Of a DNA stretch of 5,365 bases, positions 1-5,365 are shown piece after piece (the first letter of the stretch is position 1; each line of letters starts with the position of its first letter). The position numbers were made by a program, and so were the translations under genes. Source of the DNA: a virus (taxonomy: Duplodnaviria > Heunggongvirae > Uroviricota > Caudoviricetes); IMG/VR virus record IMGVR_UViG_2778261058_000002, positions 1 through 5,365 of that record, one strand, 5' to 3'. A model generated the notes under the pieces. The model saw only the letters and a list, made by a program, of their open reading frames with translations, searched no databases and was not told where the DNA came from.

Positions 1-332
1 ACGTCTGCGCCATGTTTTGACGCATTCATGGGGGCTGCGGTGGCATAAATGGTGATCCGGCGGGGAGGACCGCCACTTGCCACCTGGCAGACGGTAAAGC
101 TGCCTTTATTTACCAGTTTTCCGTTGAATCCCAGTCCCAGCGTTAATACTGCGCCTTTTGGTGGCAGCGCCATCGTCTCACTGAACAGGGTTATCATCAG
201 TTCATCGGAGCGCTTTGTGGCAGCACCATTATCGGTATAACGCAGTTCAGCCAGCCCCCGCTTTATGGCCTTCGTGATATCCTCACCCTCTGCTGTCAGG
301 CTGAAATCCGGCTGATACTCATTCAGTCCCAT
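1..332 (-). CDS. D: Tail protein D (gpD / late control D family, baseplate hub-like), partial: N-terminal ~110 aa only, gene continues past the window start
   Basis: Minus-strand frame is open from ATG at 332..330 to the window edge (checked codon by codon, no stop). In-frame TGA at 362..360 makes 332 the first possible ATG. AAGGAG Shine-Dalgarno-like motif about 11 nt upstream. Translation begins MGLNEYQPDFSLTAEGEDITKAIKRGLAELRYTDNGAATKRSDELMITLFSETMALPPKGAVLTLGLGFNGKLVNKGSFTV..., which fits the gpD-family N-terminal pattern as I recall it. Absent from the ORF track because it is truncated by the window edge. Start overlaps the stop of X by 10 nt. Confidence 0.75.
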   Translation of the reverse strand, partial: MGLNEYQPDFSLTAEGEDITKAIKRGLAELRYTDNGAATKRSDELMITLFSETMALPPKGAVLTLGLGFNGKLVNKGSFTVCQVASGGPPRRITIYATAAPMNASKHGAD

Positions 333-541
333 AGCTGAAACGTCTCCTTTTCCTCCGGTTCATACACCCAGTCCGGCAACACGATTTCCACTCCCGCCGG
401 ATAGACCGGACCAATATCAGCCAGTCCGGGATTGGCTTCCAGTACCGCCGCCAGTGACTGGTTAAGTCCGGCGCTGCCATAGTGTCTCTGACAGATATCA
501 TCCAGCATATCGCCGTCAGTGGTCCGCCAGTTTTTCGCCAT
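323..541 (-). CDS. X: Tail protein X (gpX-like, small LysM-like tail protein), 72 aa
   Basis: ORF 541..323 with ATG start. Translation MAKNWRTTDGDMLDDICQRHYG...LEANPGLADIGPVYPAGVEIVLPDW closely parallels the P2 gpX pattern (GDTLDAICVRYYG...LAANPGLAELG...LPD) from memory. Size matches gpX (about 67-72 aa). Lies between U and D as in phiCTX/R-pyocin-type clusters. Confidence 0.85.
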   Translation of the reverse strand: MAKNWRTTDGDMLDDICQRHYGSAGLNQSLAAVLEANPGLADIGPVYPAGVEIVLPDWVYEPEEKETFQLWD

Positions 542-1004
542 AGTATTTCAGCTCCAGTGTGAACGTTTTGTTCTTCGGCGCACCGCCGGGAAGAAATGAC
601 GTGGTGTTATCTGAATAGGCAGTTGCCACGAAATACCCCATCACATCACCTGTGCTCGAGACCAGAAGATGCGGGGCCGGATTGTCATCCACCATCTGAA
701 CCAGTGTATCAAGAGCGTCCATTCCCACACCGTCACGAAATCCTGCATGCGCCATACCTTCAAGGGTTATTGTTCTGGCCCCCTTGCCGGTATACTGCAG
801 CAGGTCGTTTTTTCCGATAAGCTGTTGTTCATCCCATCGCCATTCCATCGTGCGCTTCATGGCGTTATAAGCAGCAGTATCAATACTGAATTCAAACTCA
901 CCAAACGACAGCATGACGCGGGAGGCGACATCCGTTAATGATCCCACCGCGTCCCATGCTTCACGCTCAAGCCGGTTTACGCCCCAGCCCAGCAAATCCA
1001 CCAT
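516..1004 (-). CDS. U: Tail protein U (gpU-like), about 162 aa
   Basis: ORF in track is 516..1010, but the codon at 1010..1008 is GTG; the first ATG is at 1004..1002, preceded by a GGGGGTG Shine-Dalgarno-like run (1014..1008), so 1004 is the preferred start. Size and position (directly after tape measure) match P2 gpU. Its 3' end overlaps the X start by 26 nt. Confidence 0.8.
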   Translation of the reverse strand: MVDLLGWGVNRLEREAWDAVGSLTDVASRVMLSFGEFEFSIDTAAYNAMKRTMEWRWDEQQLIGKNDLLQYTGKGARTITLEGMAHAGFRDGVGMDALDTLVQMVDDNPAPHLLVSSTGDVMGYFVATAYSDNTTSFLPGGAPKNKTFTLELKYYGEKLADH

Positions 1005-1006
1005 AT

Positions 1007-2659
1007 TCACCCCCAGAATGCATCACCATCAGTCATGCGGGAACGCTGACCAAAATTAATATCTCCCAGATTTTTCGTTACCCTGTCTGCCAGTTGTCCG
1101 GCATCCTCGCCGGGCTTCTGAGTGATGTTAAATTCCGCCCGTATCTGATATGTGGGTTTTACTTCCACCTGGCTGACACTGCCGGGTGTATACTGAAGAG
1201 CTGAGAGGGGATCCGAATTACCCTGCCCCGGATCTGCTGCATGAAGTCCATCAATGTAGGTGCGGGATTTCTCTTTTATCGCCTTAAAATCAGGTTCTTC
1301 TTTCGGCCCCAGCAGAGGGTCGAGAAATGCATCAAACTTTTTATCGTCATGATTCCAGGGGAGATAACCGCGGGTGTCTTTATAAGCCTGTACAACCTGT
1401 TTCGTCAGATCCGGATTTTGCCTGAGCAGTTCATCAAACCATTCTCCCTGGCCGTTTTTCTGCGCCACCGCTCTCGCCAGCTCCGGCGACCCCATTTTTG
1501 CCAGATATTCCAGTACCTCTCGCCGGTCCTGACGCGGATCATCTGCCAGCCCCCACTCAATGGCTTTCTGCGTTATTCCGGCCAGAACTTTTCCAAATTT
1601 CCACATCCAGGCAGCCATGTCGATCAGCGCCGGCAGGGCATCATCACGAATAAATGCCCGGATTTTTTCCAGCCCACCATTCTTAAACCAGGCCGCAAGG
1701 TCATCCGTCACCTGTTGAATATGTGGGGCAAGTTCATTACCCAGCTGTCCGCTGATTTCATCAATGGAAGAACTCAGAACATTACGGAGATTTGACAGTG
1801 CCACATGTCCCTGAACTGCGCCATCAGCCCCTGCCTTTGTCACCAGGTTATAGCGTTTCTGCTCACTGATAAGCTCCCGATAAGTTTTCCCTGACAGACG
1901 CATCCAGGTCAGAATTTTATTGGCCTCACCACCGAACAACGCATCTGCCATTCCGGCAGCCACCTGTTCATTCTCTACCTGCAGTAAGCGATCAAATAAA
2001 AATTCGACCTGCTCCTGGTTACTTTTCCCTGCCATCACCCCGGCTTTCAGTCCCAGTTTGCCAAAGACCTCCTGAATGGCCCCTTTATCCGTGGCACCAT
2101 TATCATCGTCAAAAACCTTGTTCCGGTACTCCTCAAACAGATCACCGATGTTTTCACCGTTCAGCCCCATCAGTCGGGCCAGAGAATCCCATGACGCATA
2201 GGTTTCATAATCCACCCCATAACTGCGGGCTATCCCTGCCCGCTCTGCCGTCTCCGTATTCCGGTTAAGCACAGCGGCAGTGCCCGCTGCCAGCGTCAAC
2301 CCGGAACCAACCGAAAGCCCAAAACCGGTTTTAAGGACCGTCCCCGCCCGCCCTTTCCAGCGTTCCAGGCGTTCCGCACGAGCCAGTTTACGGTTAAATT
2401 TGTCCTGCTCTCCGGTGGCATCATGAATTTTTTTACCCAGCTTTTCATACTGCTTTCGCAGATCGGTAATATCCTGTCCTGCCAGTACAGCAGCCTGAAT
2501 TTTTCGTTTCAGTACGTCCTGCTGGCGTGTCAGACGAGCCACTTCCTGTGTTGCCCCTGATAATCCGTGCTTCAACCCATCAACCGATTTTTTCCACGAC
2601 GGATCTATCGTGCCTCCGATCCGGATATTCGCTTTAAGGTTATCGCCCACCGTTGCCAT
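1007..2659 (-). CDS. T: Tail tape measure protein (gpT-like), 550 aa
   Basis: Longest ORF, ATG at 2659..2657 preceded by GAGAGGAAG Shine-Dalgarno, TGA stop at 1009..1007. Located directly after the E/E' frameshift chaperone with its start inside the E' frame, the conserved arrangement for tape measure genes. Composition is charged/Ala/Gly-rich with predicted helical stretches, typical of tape measures. Confidence 0.85.
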   Translation of the reverse strand: MATVGDNLKANIRIGGTIDPSWKKSVDGLKHGLSGATQEVARLTRQQDVLKRKIQAAVLAGQDITDLRKQYEKLGKKIHDATGEQDKFNRKLARAERLERWKGRAGTVLKTGFGLSVGSGLTLAAGTAAVLNRNTETAERAGIARSYGVDYETYASWDSLARLMGLNGENIGDLFEEYRNKVFDDDNGATDKGAIQEVFGKLGLKAGVMAGKSNQEQVEFLFDRLLQVENEQVAAGMADALFGGEANKILTWMRLSGKTYRELISEQKRYNLVTKAGADGAVQGHVALSNLRNVLSSSIDEISGQLGNELAPHIQQVTDDLAAWFKNGGLEKIRAFIRDDALPALIDMAAWMWKFGKVLAGITQKAIEWGLADDPRQDRREVLEYLAKMGSPELARAVAQKNGQGEWFDELLRQNPDLTKQVVQAYKDTRGYLPWNHDDKKFDAFLDPLLGPKEEPDFKAIKEKSRTYIDGLHAADPGQGNSDPLSALQYTPGSVSQVEVKPTYQIRAEFNITQKPGEDAGQLADRVTKNLGDINFGQRSRMTDGDAFWG

Positions 2660-3079
2660 AACATCGCTTCCTCTCTTCCGACTCCGCCAGCATCATTGCC
2701 ACAAAATCCGTATACGGCAGCGCCATCACATCTCCGGGAGACCACCCGAACCAGGCACCGGCACGCCGTATCGCTGTCAGGATGCTTTCTTCTTCCGCCG
2801 GACCGGCGGCAGCAAAAAAACATTAAACTGACGCTCCAGGGCCAGGTAATCACACGCTTCCATGTTCATCATGTCTGCCGCGTCCATCCCACACAGACCG
2901 GCAATCATATCCAGATCAGCCTCTGCTTCCGGTTTGTTACTCCGGCGATGCAACAGACGATCGCGGACAGTGGGCGCACGCATAGTGACGTGCGTGATCG
3001 TCTGTCCTGATGCGGTGACATACGGCACGGATAACACAATTTCCACGCTGCTGGCAGGAACACTGTTTTTTTCCGACAT
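2640..3079 (-). CDS. Tail assembly chaperone E+E' fusion made by programmed -1 ribosomal frameshift (E frame 3079..2814, E' frame 2813..2640); about 146 aa
   Basis: Slippery heptamer T_TTT_TTG at 2819..2813 (minus strand) sits in the E frame as GTT TTT TTG. The -1 frame is open from the slip site to a TAA at 2642..2640 (translated by hand: AAAGPAEEESILTAIRRAGAWFGWSPGDVMALPYTDFVAMMLAESEERKRCYGNGGR) and overlaps the tape measure start at 2659, as for P2 E/E'. Confidence 0.7.
2777..3079 (-). CDS. E: Tail assembly chaperone E (gpE-like), about 100 aa, unshifted product
   Basis: ORF ends at TGA 2779..2777 with C-terminus ...ERQFNVFLLPPVRRKKKAS. Track start ATG 3085 sits directly against the AGGAG (3090..3086) with no spacer; the ATG at 3079..3077 has a 6-nt spacer and is the preferred start (MSEKNSVPASS...). 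Position between tube and tape measure and the internal slippery site identify it. Confidence 0.8.
   Translation of the reverse strand: MSEKNSVPASSVEIVLSVPYVTASGQTITHVTMRAPTVRDRLLHRRSNKPEAEADLDMIAGLCGMDAADMMNMEACDYLALERQFNVFLLPPVRRKKKAS
2813..2819 (-). promoter_or_regulatory. Programmed -1 ribosomal frameshift (recoding) site, slippery heptamer T_TTT_TTG
   Basis: Plus strand 2813..2820 reads caaaaaaa, i.e. TTTTTTTG on the minus strand, phased in the E frame as G-TT|TTT|TTG. This is the canonical X_XXY_YYZ slip motif reported for tail chaperone pairs (lambda G/GT, P2 E/E'). Confidence 0.75.
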
Positions 3080-3091
3080 AAGCATCTCCTT

Positions 3092-3119
3092 TAAAAAGAA
3101 AAGGCGGCCTGAGCCGCCT
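3092..3119 (-). terminator. Rho-independent terminator-like hairpin between tube and E (minus-strand transcript)
   Basis: Perfect 7-bp GC-rich inverted repeat AGGCGGC (3102..3108) / GCCGCCT (3113..3119) with 4-nt loop, followed on the minus strand by TTTTCTTTTTAAA (3101..3090). Lies in the 59-nt gap between the tube stop (3139) and the E Shine-Dalgarno. Confidence 0.7.
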
Positions 3120-3138
3120 GAATGACAGGATCCCCGGA

Positions 3139-3657
3139 TTAAACCCGGATGATTTTTTTCAGATCCGCCAGAACATTAACGCCGTTAATACGGCGCACAA
3201 ATTCCTCCGGAATAATGCAGATGGTTTCCACACCGTCAACAGCCTGACGGTAATAACTCAGTGACATTTCCACCGTCACCGAAGCCTCTGCCTGTGACGT
3301 TGCGGGACGCGCATCCGGCGTGATACTGGTGATCATCCCCTGCAGGGTTTCCACCTGTCCGCTGGTCGCATTCCCCACCTGGTAAGCCTGGCGGACAACA
3401 ATCTCCGGCGAATAAAGCCCGGCCTGTAATCCCAGCAGCGTAAGCATGGCAACATCATAACCATAAATCTTAAACGAACAGGTCAGCGCTTCCATGCCGT
3501 CATCCACTGCCACCGGTGCATCCATTGCGCCAGTTTTGATATCCACTGTCGTGATATTAATGGCTGGCGGCGTATATTCGTGCGCCCCCTGAAGACGGAT
3601 CCCACCAGGAAGAAATAACGCCCATGCGCGCAACAGTTTTTTTTCACCCGTAATCAT
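3139..3657 (-). CDS. FII: Tail tube protein (FII-like), 172 aa
   Basis: ORF 3657..3139, ATG start overlapping the sheath TGA (ATGA overlap). Same length as P2 FII (172 aa) and directly downstream of the sheath. C-terminal region ...ICIIPEEFVRRINGVNVLADLKKI resembles the tube-family C-terminus. Confidence 0.85.
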   Translation of the reverse strand: MITGEKKLLRAWALFLPGGIRLQGAHEYTPPAINITTVDIKTGAMDAPVAVDDGMEALTCSFKIYGYDVAMLTLLGLQAGLYSPEIVVRQAYQVGNATSGQVETLQGMITSITPDARPATSQAEASVTVEMSLSYYRQAVDGVETICIIPEEFVRRINGVNVLADLKKIIRV

Positions 3658-5129
3658 ACCGTCAGCTCCTCCAGCGCCAGTTTATTGTTAATCATCGCCC
3701 GCAGTGTCAGGCGCTCCAGTGGTGACTTCGGCCCAAAGTCATAATCGATATACAACTGCCCGGCGGCCAGGGTTTCTGCTGTGTTCAGTTCATCATTCAG
3801 CCAGGCACTGCCACCGTGGATCGCGCCCAGATTTTTAAGCTGACGCATATAGGCATTAATACTGCCAAGAATGTCGTCCGCCACATCACGATCCAGCGGA
3901 CGGTCAACATAAGGCAGCATGGCCTCCTGAATACTGTCCTCTATCACATCTGCAGTACGGCGTACCGGCTCAAAACGCCACTGACTGTGGGATGAACACA
4001 GACGGTTGCCCCAGTGTTTAAAACCGTCATGCCGAATAATGGTGGAGATGTTTTCCATGTTCAGCAGGTTTGCTGTGCAGTTCTGCTCCCCGAGAATAAA
4101 TGTGTCCACCTGCTCCAGACCGGTGATATTCATCACGTCCTGGTTTGATTTGGACCACCACCATCCCTTTTCGTAATCTATGCGGGCACGCAGCCCGGCA
4201 GCACGAGCCGAATACGGACGAAATACCGTTTGCCCGCTGTCATCCGTTACTGACACGCGCGGGCGCAGCAGCTCCACGCGCCCGCCAAAGGATGCGCGCC
4301 TCTGAACCACATCCTGCGGCGTTGCCATTGAGGGAGAGTCGATATAGGCCACGGCCCGCAGCTTCGCGGCATACGTTTCCAGCGCCTTTGCCACACCATC
4401 ATCCTCACTGTAACCCGTGGCAATGAGGATGCGCGGTTGATAGCCTGTCACGCCCTTACTTTCTGTCAGCGCCTCCATGGCCTGAATCACCGCCGCACGC
4501 TGTTCGGCCTCTTTCGCCTTTGTTTTGCTTTCCGCACGCACCACAATCACCAGCGCACCGGTCTGGTCAAAAATATCACGCAGGGCCGGATATAATGTCC
4601 CGGCTGAGCCCAGTTTCCCGGCCTGAGTAATGGCCCCTGCCACCACCACCGGTGTATTGACCGGGAACGCCTCATCCTCCCCGCCGGATAACGTCAGGCT
4701 GAACGGCGACACCACATTATTTTCAGCGCTTCCTGCATTCAGGGTACTGACAGCCGCCGTCACAGGCGAATCCCCCAGCGCATTCACCACTTCAGTCACA
4801 CGGTCCGCCGTGGCGTTAATCTGGCTGTGTTCGTCCGTCCCCAGCGTTATCGTCAGGGTTGTGCCTTTCAGCGATGCCGCTGTCTGCGCGTTTTGTTCTG
4901 TGGCAGCCACAGCAACAACCGAAATCTTATTACCGGCCCGACCTTCCTGTTTCGCCGTGAAATCCAGCGCCGTTCCCAGCAGCCAGGAGCCGGCTGTGCC
5001 GGAAGCGCACACACCACCAGAGGCGTCCGGCGCAGTCCCCACCAGGCCAATCACTGCCGTGGAGATGGTCTGCACGGCAACCGTGCCTGTCGTCAGTTCA
5101 ATGGTTTCAACACCATGTAATCCGGACAT
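3654..5129 (-). CDS. FI: Contractile tail sheath protein (FI-like), 491 aa, with an extra ~110-aa N-proximal insertion
   Basis: ORF 5129..3654, ATG preceded by GGGAG Shine-Dalgarno. Several blocks match the P2 FI sheath from memory: [32 protein letters not shown] vs [50 protein letters not shown] vs [34 protein letters not shown] vs [43 protein letters not shown] vs [27 protein letters not shown]. Confidence 0.9.
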   Translation of the reverse strand: [491 protein letters not shown]

Positions 5130-5141
5130 ACATTTCTCCCA

Positions 5142-5164
5142 TAAAAAAACCGCCCTCAGGCGGT
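5142..5164 (-). terminator. Rho-independent terminator-like hairpin between tail fiber assembly gene and sheath (minus-strand transcript)
   Basis: 6-bp GC stem ACCGCC (5149..5154) / GGCGGT (5159..5164) with 4-nt loop, followed on the minus strand by seven T (plus-strand A run 5143..5149). Only about 13 nt separate the T tract from the sheath ATG. Confidence 0.65.
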
Positions 5165-5183
5165 CAGATGATTAACTTCTTTT

Positions 5184-5365
5184 TCAGGTATTTTGTGGCT
5201 GCTCAGGCCAGCTAATATTGTTGTAAGTGGTCTTATCCGTAATAGCGCTGAAATCCATCGCCTGCAGCGATTTCGCGTAAATGCGGTACGCTTTCAGCTT
5301 CTCCCTGTCTTCGTCACTGATTAATCCCAGCAGCAGGTCTTTTTCCCATTCGCTGGTCATGATGC
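5184..5365 (-). CDS. tfa: Tail fiber assembly protein (Tfa / P2 gpG-like), partial: C-terminal ~60 aa only
   Basis: Minus-strand frame open from the window edge to TGA at 5186..5184. Translation ...MTSEWEKDLLLGLISDEDREKLKAYRIYAKSLQAMDFSAITDKTTYNNISWPEQPQNT* has the C-terminal W-P-E-x-P motif and preceding helical segment typical of enterobacterial tail fiber assembly proteins. Position just upstream of the sheath matches P2 order (H-G-FI). Confidence 0.7.
   Translation of the reverse strand, partial: IMTSEWEKDLLLGLISDEDREKLKAYRIYAKSLQAMDFSAITDKTTYNNISWPEQPQNT

Noticed and set aside
49-938. Plus-strand ORFs (63, 74, 89 aa) and the 60-aa minus ORF 319..501
   Set aside because: All lie inside, antisense to, or out of frame with the D, X and U coding regions, which have clear family-level identity; no signals of independent genes.
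1008-1010. GTG at 1010 as the U start (as implied by the ORF track)
   Set aside because: The codon is GTG, not ATG; the ATG two codons downstream (1004) has a properly spaced G-rich Shine-Dalgarno. Either is possible; the difference is 2 aa.
938-1204. 88-aa plus-strand ORF spanning the U/tape-measure junction
   Set aside because: Antisense to the overlapping tape measure stop and U start; no Shine-Dalgarno; judged spurious.
1241-1795. 184-aa plus-strand ORF
   Set aside because: Entirely antisense to the tape measure gene; Phe/Ile/Leu/Arg-rich composition typical of antisense translation; no upstream Shine-Dalgarno or promoter context.
2605-2853. 82-aa minus-strand ORF overlapping the E/tape-measure junction; could be mistaken for E'
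   Set aside because: It is in the +1 frame relative to E (its Met is an ATG formed at the edge of the T run). The true E' is the -1 frame reached through the T_TTT_TTG slip, open 2813..2640. The +1 ORF is probably a by-product of the overlapping coding sequences.
3083-3085. ATG at 3085 as the E start
   Set aside because: It abuts the AGGAG directly with zero spacer; the ATG at 3079 has a 6-nt spacer and is preferred.
2567-3125. Plus-strand ORFs of 147, 73 and 87 aa
   Set aside because: Antisense to E, E' and the tape measure start; one runs through the tube-E terminator. Judged spurious.
4630-5175. 181-aa plus-strand ORF (plus overlapping 97-aa and 93-aa plus ORFs and a 60-aa minus ORF at 4868..5050)
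   Set aside because: Antisense or out-of-frame within the sheath gene, in its Ala/Thr/Ser-rich insertion region whose GC-rich codons keep alternative frames open; no independent support.
5130-5365. P2-type late promoter with TGT-N12-ACA activator dyad upstream of the sheath
   Set aside because: The only TGT on the coding strand in this interval is immediately before the sheath ATG and no ACA follows at 12-nt spacing; no convincing -35/-10 pair either. A promoter may lie beyond the window.
1-5365. Defence system, toxin-antitoxin, moron cargo, integrase, tRNA, CRISPR array or IS element
   Set aside because: Every stretch is accounted for by tightly packed tail genes on one strand; intergenic gaps are under 60 nt and hold only terminator hairpins and ribosome-binding sites; no direct repeats with spacers, no tRNA-like structure, no room for an inserted gene.

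Overview
All 5365 bp is one minus-strand co-directional gene array encoding the core of a P2/phiCTX-type contractile (myovirus-like) tail: tail fiber assembly protein C-terminus (partial), tail sheath (FI-like), tail tube (FII-like), tail chaperone E with a canonical T_TTT_TTG -1 frameshift giving E+E', tape measure protein (550 aa), tail protein U, LysM-like tail protein X, and the N-terminus of tail/baseplate hub protein D (partial). Genes are tightly packed with overlapping stop/start codons. Two rho-independent terminator-like hairpins on the coding strand bracket the sheath-tube pair. I found no defence system, toxin, integrase, tRNA, CRISPR or other non-tail cargo; all plus-strand ORFs in the track are antisense to conserved tail genes and are judged spurious. 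The points worth a second look are a ~110-aa insertion in the sheath relative to the P2 FI architecture, the short tape measure, the terminator placed directly against the sheath ribosome-binding site, and the U-X-D gene order (phiCTX/R-type-pyocin-like), which leaves open whether this is a prophage tail module or a tailocin. All homology statements rest on reading the translations against remembered family sequences; no database search was run.
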